Assembly: GCA_044239025.1 (NCBI GenBank)
Contig: JBIICE010000003.1
Span: 1 to 55,939 of the forward strand
DNA: 55,939 nt
Source of the DNA: Verrucomicrobiales bacterium
GTDB taxonomy: Bacteria > Verrucomicrobiota > Verrucomicrobiia > Verrucomicrobiales > V1-33
Reading direction: 5' to 3'
Shown: positions 28,910-39,065 of the stretch, in pieces
Numbering within the stretch: the first letter of the stretch is position 1
Layout of the letters: every line of letters starts with the position of its first letter
Translations under genes and position numbers: made by a program
The notes under the pieces: generated by a model
The model's input: only the letters and a program-made list of their open reading frames with translations
Databases searched by the model: none
What the model was told of the DNA's origin: nothing

Positions 28910-29386
28910 TCACGGTTGACCCGCGGGCGGGTGCGGCGGCTGCAGTTCCGCGATTCTCAGACGGTTGAATTTCGCGGAGTAGGTGACCTTGAGGTCGAGG
29001 GGCTGGCCGGGTTTGAGTTGAGCGATCCAGGCGAGCTGGGTGGGATCGTGAGTCCATTTGCCATCAGGCTGACGGGTGCCGCCCGTGGCGATGGTGACGA
29101 CGAGGCCGACGAGCGACTGGGGCTGCGGCGCGGAACTTCCGGTGGCCGGTTCGGACCGGGTGATTTTGGCTTTCAGCGAAGTCTTGCGGTCGCTGATGGT
29201 TTCCACGACGCCGACGATCCGGCCCGAGAATCCGGCAGCCTCCGTGGGCACGCCGCCATCGGTGACCTTGGGAACCTCGGGTCTGGGTGCCTCCGGGGGT
29301 GGCGGAGGTGACGGCGGATCGTCGGCGAAGGCCGCCCGGATCAGGAGGCCGGCGGCCATGGAAACGAGAAAGAGGCGGGGCGGCAT
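28910..29386 (-). CDS. Secreted hypothetical protein
   Basis: Signal peptide ending AFA, Pro-rich linker, small beta domain; fits the minus-strand gene run. Confidence 0.6.
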   Translation of the reverse strand: MPPRLFLVSMAAGLLIRAAFADDPPSPPPPPEAPRPEVPKVTDGGVPTEAAGFSGRIVGVVETISDRKTSLKAKITRSEPATGSSAPQPQSLVGLVVTIATGGTRQPDGKWTHDPTQLAWIAQLKPGQPLDLKVTYSAKFNRLRIAELQPPHPPAGQP

Positions 29387-29478
29387 GGGGGCACGGAGGC
29401 GACAGCTCCATCATGCATAGCGTGCTGACTGGCGGACCGGAGCGAGGTCATTCCCCCGCATGCGCGTAGCTCCGCGTT

Positions 29479-30228
29479 TCATCCGCGGGCGACCGTGAGA
29501 ACGGCGACCGTGTCGGCTCCGCCGTCCCTGCGGAGCACCGCGCTGCAGGCGTTGGCGGTTGAGCCCGTGGTGAGGACATCGTCGATCAGCAGGATGGACC
29601 GGCCGTGGGTGAGCCGCCGGGCACGCCAGCGGAGTGCAAAGGCCCCTTTGAGATTGCCAAGGCGGTCGTCGCGCCGGAGCGCCGCCTGAGTGGAGGTGTA
29701 GCGGGTACGTCGGAGGACACGGGCAAACGGGAATCCGGAGAGCCGGGCGAGCGAGCGGACCAGTTCTTCCGACTGATTGAACTCGCGTTCGCGGAAGCGT
29801 TGCGGGTGGAGCGGCACCGGGACGAGCAGCCAGTCACTGCGTCCGGCGATGCGGGGGTCGGCGAGACCCTGCGCGAGAAGGCGGGCGAGCGCTTCGCGGA
29901 GGGCGATGCGCCGGCCGTATTTGAAACGGTGAATGGCCTCGCGGACGGGACCGCGGCTGAGCCATGGGGCCACGGCGAAGTCGAACTGCTGGCGTCGGCC
30001 GAGGCAGTTCGGACAACTGAAGGACGAACCGATGGCTCCCTGAAACGGTTCCGCGCAGATGGCGCAGAAGGGAGGTTCCACGGGTCGGGCCGCACGGGAG
30101 CAGGCGCGGCAGAATCCGGGGGTGGCGCGGTCGTCGAGCGGGTCGTCGCAGGCAACGCAGCGCGCGGGCCAGAGCAGGCCGGCGGCGGCGCGGGTCCAGT
30201 CGCGGAGAATGGCAGGGGCGCCGCTCAT
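29479..30228 (-). CDS. comF: ComF-family protein (zinc ribbon + phosphoribosyltransferase fold)
   Basis: Four CxxC pairs, [30 protein letters not shown]. Start overlaps the upstream stop (ATGA). Confidence 0.9.
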   Translation of the reverse strand: MSGAPAILRDWTRAAAGLLWPARCVACDDPLDDRATPGFCRACSRAARPVEPPFCAICAEPFQGAIGSSFSCPNCLGRRQQFDFAVAPWLSRGPVREAIHRFKYGRRIALREALARLLAQGLADPRIAGRSDWLLVPVPLHPQRFREREFNQSEELVRSLARLSGFPFARVLRRTRYTSTQAALRRDDRLGNLKGAFALRWRARRLTHGRSILLIDDVLTTGSTANACSAVLRRDGGADTVAVLTVARG

Positions 30229-30614
30229 GCCGGCTGATGGGGTGGGCCCGGCGGGGGGAGCGGGTGGGTAGCGATGAGGTAGTCGGCCACTGGCTGTCCG
30301 CCGATCAGGTGTTCGGTGAGGATGCGTTCGAGGACTTCCGGTGAGCAGCTGTGGTACCATGTGCCGTCCGGGTAGACGACTGCGATAGGACCCTGGGAGC
30401 AGAGGCGCAGGCAATTCGCTTTGGTGCGGAAGACCACCGGGGCAGTACCGCCGCTCAGCTTGAGTTCCGCGAGGCGCTTCTTGAGGAAATCCCATGAGGC
30501 GAGCGATGCCTCGCGCGGGCAGCATTTCGGTTCCGACTGATCGGCACAGAGGAAGATGTGGCGCTGGATTCCGGGAATGCCGAGCGGCCCGGCGATGCTG
30601 GCCAGTGATTCCAT
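30225..30614 (-). CDS. Thioredoxin-like [2Fe-2S] ferredoxin
   Basis: HIFLC...KCC...[20 protein letters not shown]...EHLIGG. Confidence 0.9.
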   Translation of the reverse strand: MESLASIAGPLGIPGIQRHIFLCADQSEPKCCPREASLASWDFLKKRLAELKLSGGTAPVVFRTKANCLRLCSQGPIAVVYPDGTWYHSCSPEVLERILTEHLIGGQPVADYLIATHPLPPPGPPHQPA

Positions 30615-30629
30615 GGCAGCGGGAGAAAG

Positions 30630-31208
30630 TCAGCGGCGCATGGCCCCGAAGTTCACTTCCTTTTCGATCCGTTCGCCACCGGGCATCAGTTTGCTTTGTC
30701 CGTCACCGTGGAAGTCCGACCGTTCGACGGCCCATGGCTGGTTGGGGTAACGGAAGGGTTCGTACTCCCCGGCGGGGATCTGATCGGGAATGTAGCTGGG
30801 ATCCTTGAGACCCGCGGTGATGCCCATTTCCTCCTGGCGTTCACCTTTCTGTTTGCGCTCCATGCGCAGCTCCGCGGGGCAGAACCAGGAATTCCGGTCC
30901 ATGCCATAGGGTTTCATGGTCTGCATCCACCATTCCCAGAGCTGGTCTTCGCTGACGTCAGCTTCCTCGTCGTCGGCCCCGGGTTCCTGGGGCCATTCGT
31001 GCTTGTCGACGATGTAATTGTTCAGCGCGGCCCCGAAGTTCCGGAGGCGCTGCATGCAGGCGAGCGAGTCGGCGCGTTTGATCCAGCGGGAGTAGCTCAC
31101 GAGGGCGACGAGGGAGAGCAGCATGACGATCACGATGACCAGCATGATCTCGATGAGCGTGATGGCGCGGCGGGAGCGGAGGTGCTGGAGGGAACGCGGG
31201 AGGGTCAT
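30630..31208 (-). CDS. Prepilin-type N-terminal cleavage/methylation protein (PVC-type pseudopilin)
   Basis: A|ITLIEIMLVIVIV, C...LR..G.A...Y, FCPA, and a C-terminal H-x9-GG variant of the H-X9-DG motif. Confidence 0.85.
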   Translation of the reverse strand: MTLPRSLQHLRSRRAITLIEIMLVIVIVMLLSLVALVSYSRWIKRADSLACMQRLRNFGAALNNYIVDKHEWPQEPGADDEEADVSEDQLWEWWMQTMKPYGMDRNSWFCPAELRMERKQKGERQEEMGITAGLKDPSYIPDQIPAGEYEPFRYPNQPWAVERSDFHGDGQSKLMPGGERIEKEVNFGAMRR

Positions 31209-31265
31209 GAGCGGGGGTGGGCAGCCCGTCAGGATAGCGGGAACCTCCCGGCGGTAAAGGAGGAT

Positions 31266-34200
31266 TCAGGCGGTCGGGACGAGCCTGTGGAGGCGGAATC
31301 CGTTTTCGCCGAGAGTTTTCGTGCAGAGGGACACGAGATGATCATGGTGCGTGAAAAGGAACACCTGGGTGCGCGTGGCCATGGCGGCGAGCACCGGTAG
31401 CATCGCGCAGGTGCGGTCATCATCGAAGGTGACGAGGAGGTCATCGAGGATGAGAGGCATGGGCTCATGGGAACCGAGATGGGCTTCGAGGGCGGCGAGC
31501 CGCAGCGCCAGGAAGAGCTGATCGCGGGTTCCTTCGCTGAGGTGTTCCACGGCAACGGAGCGGCCGTTCCGGCGCAGGGCGGTGAGGATCGGTTCGTCGT
31601 CGTCGCTGAAATCTGTCTGCAGGCCCGCGAAGGCGTTTCTGGTGATGGTGGCAAAGATTTCGCCCGAGCGGCGCAGCATGGGTGCCTGGTTGGCTTCGCG
31701 GAACCGGGCAATGCTTTCCTCAAGAAAAGAAGTGGCGAGGCGGAGGCGGAGGAACCGGGCGGCATCTCCGCGGAGAGATGCAGCGATCGAGGCAGCGGCC
31801 TGGCGGGCGTCTGCGGCGGCGCTGCCGGCGAGTTCGAGGCGGGCGAGTTCGCGCCGGGCGTCGGTGAGTTCCTGGTGGGCGCGCTGGTGGGCATCGCGGG
31901 CAGCCGAGAGGGTGGCGGCGGCTTGCTGGTGGCGGAAGGCAAGGTCGGCACCGTCTTCCGATTCCATGCTGCCGAGGAAGGAAGCGAGCGGCTGGCCGCG
32001 GGCCGCCCCGGCGAGGGTACCCGTGAGGGTGTTGATGCGGTCCCGGAGCGTGGTGCGCGATTCGAGAGCGGCGGCGAAGGGATCGAGTTCCTCCACGGAA
32101 GCGAGGTGGGCAGAGTGGAGGAGATCGCTCAGGAGAGCCGAAGCCGCGCTGGCACTGCTGCGGGTGTGCTGGAGGCTGTCGCGGGCGGTCTCGAGCTGCG
32201 CGGCGAGCTGCCGGTGGTGCTGGTCGGCGGTGCGGGCGGCCGCGAGGGCCTTCCAGAGCGCGGCCTCCGTGGCTTCGGTATCGGTTGCGGGAATGGAGAA
32301 CCGTGCCGCAGTGCAGGCGATCCGTTCCGCGCAGTCGTGCTGCGCGACGGAGAGGGCTTCGGCCTGGGCTGAGCGGGAAAGCCAGGCATCGAACAGGGAG
32401 AGCAGCTCCGCCCGTTGTCCGAGGAGGGATCTGCCGGTTCCGGGAGAGCAATCCGGCGGGAGGCCCGCCGCGGAGCAGGCCGCTTGCCATGCGGTGGTGG
32501 CGGCCTCGTGCTGGCTGGTGATGCGGGCGATGGCTTCGTCGAGCGCGTGGAGCTGCTGGGTGAGTTCGGCAATCTGCTGCTGCAGCGCGCGATGGTCGGC
32601 AGCGGCAGCGGTGGCCGACTGGAAGCGCGCGGTCGCTTCTGCGAGGAGCGAGGGGAAGCCGGAGGAAGGAGGGGAGCCGAGGGCGGCGGCGAGTGTCTGC
32701 GCGGCGGCATGGACCGTGGCTTCCTGGCGGGCGAGCGCAGCGGCGGTCTGGTCGCGGCGCGCGAGGGCGTCGCGGAGGCGGTTCCATGTGGCGCGCCATT
32801 CCTCCATTTCCGCGGGGGTGCGCGGAGTGAGGCCGCTGGGTTGCCAGATCTCCTGCCATTCCGTGGAAGCCTGAGCGGAATCCGCGGCAAGGGAGGCGGC
32901 CTCGGCTTCGGCCTGCTGGGCGGCAGCGGCAGCGGCGAGGATCTGGGAACGTTTTTCCGCGGCCTGGGCGACGGTTTCGGCTTCATGGCGAAGCCGGTCC
33001 GCCAGTTCGTCAGCGGCGAGGAGCGCATCCTCGAATGGGGCGGCGTGGGGTTCCGGCGATTGTCCTCCGAGCCATGCCCTGCGGAGCTGGCTCCACCGTT
33101 CGGTGCGGAGCTGCCGGGCCGAGGCGAGATCGGCTTCCGATGGAATGGTGCCGCGGCGTTCGAGCCGTTGCAGTTCCGCCGAGAGATCGGTGGCGCGGGA
33201 TGCCGCGCTGGCGCGGCGCTGCGCAGCGTCGGCAAGACGGCTTTCGAGGCGGGCGAAGCGCTCGCGGAAGCTCCGGATGGTGGTGTCGAGCGGGACCGGC
33301 AGGGCGGCTACGGTCGCCGGGTCGTGATGGGGGAGGCCGAGGGGCGCGAGGAAAGCGATGACTTCCCTGCTGGCGGAGGCGAAGGCCACGCGGGCTGGTT
33401 CGAGGGAGGTGTGGGCTTCCGTGGCTTCGGTGCCGGTGCGGAGGGCGGTCCCGATGGCAGCGGGGTCGCTAACCGGAAGGAAGGCGAGTTTCTGCCCGGC
33501 CGCGGCCTTTCGCTGGACAAGGCCGGCTTGCTGCCTGCGGTGCTCGGCGAGTTGTTCGGCCACGGCGGTCAGCTGGTCGGCCGCCTCCGTGACCGCGAGC
33601 GCGGTGGCTGCGGTGATGCGGAGGGATTCGATGGCGTGGAGGTCCGTGAAGGGGAGTCCCTGCGTGGCCATGCTGCTGCGGAGGGCAGGTTCGGCTGCGC
33701 TGAGTTCCCGCTGGAGGGCAGCGAGCGCTTCCCGGCGCTGCCGGTAGGCACCGAGTTCGGAATGCAGCGCTTCGATTTCTGCGGCGTGAGCGAGGAGGTC
33801 GGGCTGGGTCCGGCAGTCGGCGAGGGCGGCAGCCAGTTCGGCGGCGCGGCGTTCTTCTTCGGCGGCACGGCTGGCGGCCTGCTGCCCGGCGGCGCGGGCG
33901 CTGCGGCAGCGCTCGGGGAAATCGGCGGGCAGTTCCGGCATGGGCCGCAGGCTTTCGAGCTGCTGGATGGCCTCGCGGTAGCTGGCGAGGGGCACGAGGG
34001 CGTCCTTGCAGCGCTGGAGCCAATCGCATTTTTCCGCGAGGGTGTCGATTTCCTGCTGGTGGCGGGCGAGTTCGGATTCCGCGGCCTCGATTCTGCGGGA
34101 GAGGCTGGTCCACTGTTCCGGGGGAACGACCGCGTCGCGGGATTCCCGGATTTTTTCGTTATAGGCTTTGACGGCCGGACGGATGGTGACACTGGCGTGG

Positions 34201-34730
34201 GCTCTCCCAGCGAAGAGGCGGCGGGCGTCGTCTCGGAGGGCCGCAAGGACCCGCTGGACCGGGGTGCCACCGAGGCTTGCCGAGAAAATGGTGGTTCCGA
34301 GCTGACCTTTTCCTTCGAGGAGCGCCGCGGCCCCGGCGCGGAGGCCCGTGCTGCCGAGGCCGAACATCGTTTCGAAGAACGGGCGGTCGACGCTGCCGAG
34401 GAACGGAACGAGGGCATCATCGGGCAGACTGGAACCCTCCCTGTCGAGGAGCGTGCGCTGGTTTCCCTTGCGGCGCTGGAAGGCAAGCGTCTGGCCGTTT
34501 CCGTTTTCGATTTCCGCGGCCAGCCGCAGGTCCGTGAAGCTGTGGAGGAAGTTGTCTCCCGTCTGTGCGGGGATTCCGTAGAGGAGCTGGGTGATGCCGC
34601 GGAGCAGCGAACTTTTGCCAGCTTCGTTGGGTCCATGGATGACATGGAAATCCGGGTGGTCGGAGCCGAACGCAAGGTTGAGACCGGTGAACGGGCCCCA
34701 TGCGGGAATGGCCAGCTGGCGGAATCTCAT
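31266..34730 (-). CDS. yhaN: YhaN-like AAA/SMC-type ATPase (SbcC-like)
   Basis: Walker A GPNEAGKSS, long coiled coil, LSEGTRDQL signature, Walker B LILDDLLVTFDD, FTHH. Confidence 0.88.
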   Translation of the reverse strand: MRFRQLAIPAWGPFTGLNLAFGSDHPDFHVIHGPNEAGKSSLLRGITQLLYGIPAQTGDNFLHSFTDLRLAAEIENGNGQTLAFQRRKGNQRTLLDREGSSLPDDALVPFLGSVDRPFFETMFGLGSTGLRAGAAALLEGKGQLGTTIFSASLGGTPVQRVLAALRDDARRLFAGRAHASVTIRPAVKAYNEKIRESRDAVVPPEQWTSLSRRIEAAESELARHQQEIDTLAEKCDWLQRCKDALVPLASYREAIQQLESLRPMPELPADFPERCRSARAAGQQAASRAAEEERRAAELAAALADCRTQPDLLAHAAEIEALHSELGAYRQRREALAALQRELSAAEPALRSSMATQGLPFTDLHAIESLRITAATALAVTEAADQLTAVAEQLAEHRRQQAGLVQRKAAAGQKLAFLPVSDPAAIGTALRTGTEATEAHTSLEPARVAFASASREVIAFLAPLGLPHHDPATVAALPVPLDTTIRSFRERFARLESRLADAAQRRASAASRATDLSAELQRLERRGTIPSEADLASARQLRTERWSQLRRAWLGGQSPEPHAAPFEDALLAADELADRLRHEAETVAQAAEKRSQILAAAAAAQQAEAEAASLAADSAQASTEWQEIWQPSGLTPRTPAEMEEWRATWNRLRDALARRDQTAAALARQEATVHAAAQTLAAALGSPPSSGFPSLLAEATARFQSATAAAADHRALQQQIAELTQQLHALDEAIARITSQHEAATTAWQAACSAAGLPPDCSPGTGRSLLGQRAELLSLFDAWLSRSAQAEALSVAQHDCAERIACTAARFSIPATDTEATEAALWKALAAARTADQHHRQLAAQLETARDSLQHTRSSASAASALLSDLLHSAHLASVEELDPFAAALESRTTLRDRINTLTGTLAGAARGQPLASFLGSMESEDGADLAFRHQQAAATLSAARDAHQRAHQELTDARRELARLELAGSAAADARQAAASIAASLRGDAARFLRLRLATSFLEESIARFREANQAPMLRRSGEIFATITRNAFAGLQTDFSDDDEPILTALRRNGRSVAVEHLSEGTRDQLFLALRLAALEAHLGSHEPMPLILDDLLVTFDDDRTCAMLPVLAAMATRTQVFLFTHHDHLVSLCTKTLGENGFRLHRLVPTA

Positions 34731-35980
34731 GCGTCAGCTCCGGTGGTGGCGAGGGATTCGAGAATGATGGCCTGGACGTCAGCCATGAGAGCAGCGTGGT
34801 TTTCCGGTGTCAGTTCCTGCAGGAGGTCCTCGCGCAGTTCGCCCGGGAGGAGCTGCAGCATGTCGGTGCATTCTGCGGGGATCGCGCGGGATTCGGGGAC
34901 CGCTGCCGCGAGGAGTTCAAGGACCCCTGCGGTGAGGGCATCGCGTTGGGCGAGAGTGGCGGGATCGATGACCGGGCTGGTGCGGACAATGATTTTTTCG
35001 AGCCAGAGGGCAGCCGGGCCGAATTCAAGGGCGGCGGCCACGCCGAGAGCAGTCCATTTGTCCGGACGGCGGTGAAAGTCGCCATGGAGGGTCGTGGCTC
35101 CCGTGAAAGTGAGGCGGGTCGCGACAAGGCGGTCACCTGCGGCCTGCACGGCGGAGCGGAGGGCGGCGACGAGGCGCTTTTCCACATCGTCCGCCGTGGG
35201 GAGGCCGCCGACATCCACTTCGATCTGTTCCCAGCGCATGACATCGAGGTCGCGCCACTCCACCGACTGGACGCTCAGCTGACTGCTCACGGTGACGAGG
35301 CGGCAGCCACGGGGGCCGCATTCTCTGGCGTGCCGGCCCTGGCAGTTTCCGGCAAACACGATCCACGGACTTTCGCTGATGATGGCGGGCTGGTGAATGT
35401 GGCCGAGCGCCCAGTAATCGTATCCCCTCGAGACGAGGTCCGGAACCGTGCAGGGGGCATAGGTCCCGTGTTCCGTGCTGCCTGTGAGACTGGTGTGGAG
35501 GAGGCCGATATTGAAGCGGCCGGGAACGGCGGCAGGATATTCGATGGCGAGATTCTCCGGCACGGCGCGGTCCGGGAAGCCGCGCCCGTGAATGACCGCA
35601 GCGGTTCCGGGCACTTCCCTTGATTCGGCGGTGCGGGTGGAGAACGAGTGAACGTTTTCCGGCAGAGGGAGCCGGCGGGTAATCACTGAAGCGGCATCGT
35701 GGTTGCCCGCGATGAGGTAGACCGGAATGCCCTCGCGCTGCAGCAGGTGCATCTGGGCCCGGAAGAAAAGGCCCGTGCTGTAATCGCGCCAGTCGCCGTC
35801 GTAGAGGTCTCCGGCGATGACCACGAAGTCCACCCGTTCGGCGATCGCGAGTTGCACCATGTTCTCAAACGCCCGGCGGGTCGCTGACCGGATGAGGTCA
35901 GTGGGAGCATCCTCCCGGCAGGCGAGGCCGTGGAGAGGGCTATCGAGGTGAGGGTCGGCGACGTGGAGGAAGCGGAGCAT
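34727..35980 (-). CDS. yhaO: YhaO/SbcD-like DNA repair metallophosphoesterase
   Basis: DPHLD, AGDLYD, GNHD, LLHT, LGHIH, QGRH..E motifs; stop overlaps the yhaN start. Confidence 0.9.
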   Translation of the reverse strand: MLRFLHVADPHLDSPLHGLACREDAPTDLIRSATRRAFENMVQLAIAERVDFVVIAGDLYDGDWRDYSTGLFFRAQMHLLQREGIPVYLIAGNHDAASVITRRLPLPENVHSFSTRTAESREVPGTAAVIHGRGFPDRAVPENLAIEYPAAVPGRFNIGLLHTSLTGSTEHGTYAPCTVPDLVSRGYDYWALGHIHQPAIISESPWIVFAGNCQGRHARECGPRGCRLVTVSSQLSVQSVEWRDLDVMRWEQIEVDVGGLPTADDVEKRLVAALRSAVQAAGDRLVATRLTFTGATTLHGDFHRRPDKWTALGVAAALEFGPAALWLEKIIVRTSPVIDPATLAQRDALTAGVLELLAAAVPESRAIPAECTDMLQLLPGELREDLLQELTPENHAALMADVQAIILESLATTGADA

Positions 35981-36158
35981 GGACGATTTCCAACGGTGGA
36001 GTCGTGCAACTATGGCATCGAAGCCCCGGGTCGGCAAGCGGGTCCCGCGCTTGTGTTGACGGGATTGGGAATCGGGGGAACGCTGGGGATCCCTGTCCGC
36101 GGGCTTTCCGGTGCCGCGGTCGGCGGGACCCATACCCTATTTCACGTACTTTTCTGTC

Positions 36159-38114
36159 ATGAACGAACGCAAGACCCTCGATGAACGCGCTGCGATGACC
36201 GACCTTGAGCGGCTGCGGCATTCCTGTGCGCATGTCATGGCGACGGCGATTCTGCGGATCTGGCCCGACGCGCAGTTTGCGTACGGGCCGCCGATCGAGA
36301 GTGGGTTTTACTATGACTTCGAGATGGCGCACCGCCTGACGCCCGATGACTTCGAGAAGATCGAGGCGGAAATGCGGAAGATTGCCAAGGAGAACCAGAA
36401 GTTCGAGAAGCGGGAGATCACGCGGGAGGAAGCGAAGCGTCTCGCCGGAAGCGGGCGTCTGGGCGGGCTGACGGAGCGCCCTGGGAATGCGAGCCGCTTC
36501 AAGCTTGATCTGATCGACCGGATTCCGGAGGGCGAGGAGATTTCCTGTTATCAGAACGGGGAATTTCTGGATCTCTGTGCCGGGCCGCACGTCGGCTACA
36601 CATCGAAGTGCAAGAACGTGAAACTGATGGCGGTATCCTCCTCATTCTATCTGGGGGATGAGACGAAGGGGCAGCTGCAGCGGCTTTACGGGACGGCCTT
36701 TGAGACGAAGGAGGAACTCGAGCAGCATCTGGTGGCGCTGGAGGAAGCGAAGAAGCGGGACCATCGGAAACTGGGGCGTGAACTGCAGCTGTTCCACATT
36801 GATGAGGATGTGGGCCAGGGACTCATTCTGTGGACGCCGAAGGGCGCGATCCTGCGTCAGGAGCTGCAGAACTTCATCAGTGCCGAGCTGACAAAGCAGG
36901 GTTACAGCCAGGTTTTCACGCCGCATATCGGCAAACTGACCCTGTACAAGACGAGCGGGCATTTTCCCTATTACAAGGACAGCCAGTTCGGGGCGATCAT
37001 CGAGAACGACGAATTTCAGAAATGTGCCGATGCCGGCTGCGGCTGTGCGGAGGTGCTGCACCGCCTCGACGCTGTTTCGCAGCGGCTGGCGGATGGGATC
37101 AATGAGCGCTCCGGCAAGGAGGTGATTCCGCCTGAGCGGATTCTGCCCGATGACCAGTTGCTCGATGGCTTCATGCTGAAGCCGATGAACTGTCCGCATC
37201 ACATCAAGATTTTCGACAGCGCGCCGCGCAGTTACCGGGATCTGCCCGTGCGGCTGGCGGAATTCGGCACCGTGTACCGCTGGGAACAGAGCGGCGAGCT
37301 GAATGGGATGACGCGCGTGCGCGGTTTTACGCAGGACGATGCGCACCTCTTCTGCACTGAAGACCAGGTGGCCGGAGAAGTGCTGGGCTGTCTGAGTCTG
37401 GTGAAGACCGTGCTGACGACCCTCGGGATGACGAATTACCGGGTGCGGGTCGGGCTGCGCGATCCTGATTCCAACAAGTACACGGGGACGCCGGAGAACT
37501 GGGACAAGGCGGAGGCGGCCTGCCGGAGTGCGGCCGCGACCCTGGGCGTGCCCTTCACGGAGGAACCAGGCGAGGCGGCGTTCTACGGGCCGAAGATTGA
37601 CTTTGTGGTGAAGGATGTGATCGGACGGGAATGGCAGCTGGGAACGGTGCAGGTCGACTACAATCTGCCGGTGCGGTTTGATCTGAGCTACATTGGTGCC
37701 GACAACCAGCGGCATCGTCCCGTGATGATTCACCGGGCACCGTTTGGGAGCATGGAACGGTTCACGGGAGTGCTCATCGAGCACTTTGCGGGGGCCTTCC
37801 CGGTATGGCTGAGCCCCGAGCAGGTGCGGGTGATGACCATTTCCGAAAAAGCCGGGGAATTTGCGCAGTCGGTGCATGAGCGGCTGCGGTCGGCCGGTCT
37901 GCGGGTGACTCTGGATGATGCCTCCGAGAAGATCGGGGCGAAGATCAGGAATGCACAGCTGGAGAAAGTTCCCTACATGCTGGTGATCGGGCAGAAGGAA
38001 GCGGAGGCCGCCAGCGTGGCTGTGCGGCACCGGGTGCGCGGCGACCTTGGCGTGCAGTCCGTCGAGGCCTTTCTGGAAGCCGTCACGGCTGAAGTGCGCG
38101 ACCGCAGTCTCTGA
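36159..38114 (+). CDS. thrS: Threonine--tRNA ligase
   Basis: HSCAH and DLCAGPH editing motifs, KPMNCPHH, RVRGFTQDDAH, AFYGPKID, HRAPFGSMERF, anticodon-binding domain. Confidence 0.98.
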   Translation: MNERKTLDERAAMTDLERLRHSCAHVMATAILRIWPDAQFAYGPPIESGFYYDFEMAHRLTPDDFEKIEAEMRKIAKENQKFEKREITREEAKRLAGSGRLGGLTERPGNASRFKLDLIDRIPEGEEISCYQNGEFLDLCAGPHVGYTSKCKNVKLMAVSSSFYLGDETKGQLQRLYGTAFETKEELEQHLVALEEAKKRDHRKLGRELQLFHIDEDVGQGLILWTPKGAILRQELQNFISAELTKQGYSQVFTPHIGKLTLYKTSGHFPYYKDSQFGAIIENDEFQKCADAGCGCAEVLHRLDAVSQRLADGINERSGKEVIPPERILPDDQLLDGFMLKPMNCPHHIKIFDSAPRSYRDLPVRLAEFGTVYRWEQSGELNGMTRVRGFTQDDAHLFCTEDQVAGEVLGCLSLVKTVLTTLGMTNYRVRVGLRDPDSNKYTGTPENWDKAEAACRSAAATLGVPFTEEPGEAAFYGPKIDFVVKDVIGREWQLGTVQVDYNLPVRFDLSYIGADNQRHRPVMIHRAPFGSMERFTGVLIEHFAGAFPVWLSPEQVRVMTISEKAGEFAQSVHERLRSAGLRVTLDDASEKIGAKIRNAQLEKVPYMLVIGQKEAEAASVAVRHRVRGDLGVQSVEAFLEAVTAEVRDRSL

Positions 38115-38133
38115 AGCTTCCGCCTTCCTCCGG

Positions 38134-38991
38134 TCATTCCGGGAGGCTGGCTTCGACGACGACCGGGAGGTGGTCCGAGAGAGCTTCCAGTCTGGATTTC
38201 CATGCTTTGGAGTCCGGGAATACAAGGTCGGCGCGGTGGACGCTGCGAAATTTCCATTTCTGCTGCGGATGGAAGAAGAGATGGTCGATGGGTTCCTGCG
38301 GATTGATGGCGGGCCATGTGGGCGGGGCGGTGTCCTGCCAGCAGATTTGCCATGAGCCGAGCAGCGGGGCCAGGGAGGCATCGGCCGTGGATGCATTCCA
38401 ATCGCCGGCGAGGACCGCCGGGACACCTTCCTTCTGGCTGCGGAAGAACGCGAGGATGGCGTTGGTCTGGGATGCCCGGATGCTGTCCTTGAGGTGGTCG
38501 AGGTGGGTGCCGGCGAAGAGGAAGGGGCGACCGCTGAAGGGAGGTTTCAGTGCAAGGGCAAGCAGGGCGCGAGGCTCGAATCCATCGGGTGCGGGGAGTT
38601 TGACACGGTGTTCGCGGAGGATTTCGAAACGGGTGAGGATGGCTTCGCCGTAGGAACCTCCCTGAAAGGGCATGGCTTCGCCGAAGGCCGCCTTGAGGCC
38701 GGTCAGTTCCGCAAGCCTTGCGGGAAGGTCGGTGCCGCGGGCGCGGGTGGTTTTCACATCGACTTCCTGGAGAGCGATGGCGTCGGGTTGGAGGATGCGG
38801 ATGATTTCGGCGAGGCCTTCGTGCGGGTGGGAATTGTCCGGGCCGCGGCCGCCGAGGATATTCCATGAGACGAAACGCACGACCCGCTCCGTGCGGTTGG
38901 GTTCCGGGAGCGGATCCGGCAGTTTCGGGCTGTCGGCGGAAGCCGCGAATCGGGTCGTGGCGAGGACAAGGAGGACGAAGGCACGCATCAT
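38134..38991 (-). CDS. Secreted endonuclease/exonuclease/phosphatase family protein
   Basis: Signal peptide; SWNI, LQEVD, THLD, AGDWN, IDH, SDHLPV. Confidence 0.9.
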   Translation of the reverse strand: MMRAFVLLVLATTRFAASADSPKLPDPLPEPNRTERVVRFVSWNILGGRGPDNSHPHEGLAEIIRILQPDAIALQEVDVKTTRARGTDLPARLAELTGLKAAFGEAMPFQGGSYGEAILTRFEILREHRVKLPAPDGFEPRALLALALKPPFSGRPFLFAGTHLDHLKDSIRASQTNAILAFFRSQKEGVPAVLAGDWNASTADASLAPLLGSWQICWQDTAPPTWPAINPQEPIDHLFFHPQQKWKFRSVHRADLVFPDSKAWKSRLEALSDHLPVVVEASLPE

Positions 38992-39065
38992 CGGGCAACG
39001 GCGTGTCCGGAGCGGCCTTCGTCAACTCCGCAGCGGCGGGAGCCACGGCGTGGGCACCCCGGTGA

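Noticed and set aside
25130-28968. Long opposite-strand ORFs 25130-26881 and 27298-28968
   Set aside because: Antisense to the zincin-like and HtrA genes; no motifs.
32415-35075. 886-aa + strand ORF
   Set aside because: Antisense shadow of yhaN/yhaO.
31266-35980. yhaO-yhaN as a novel defence system
   Set aside because: A widespread known pair in a housekeeping context with no defence or mobile genes nearby.
35981-36158. Possible T-box or tRNA-mimic operator in the thrS leader (CGT in ttcacgtact)
   Set aside because: No T-box consensus, and no stem flanking the putative anticodon mimic.
36642-38426. 594-aa minus-strand ORF
   Set aside because: Antisense to thrS.
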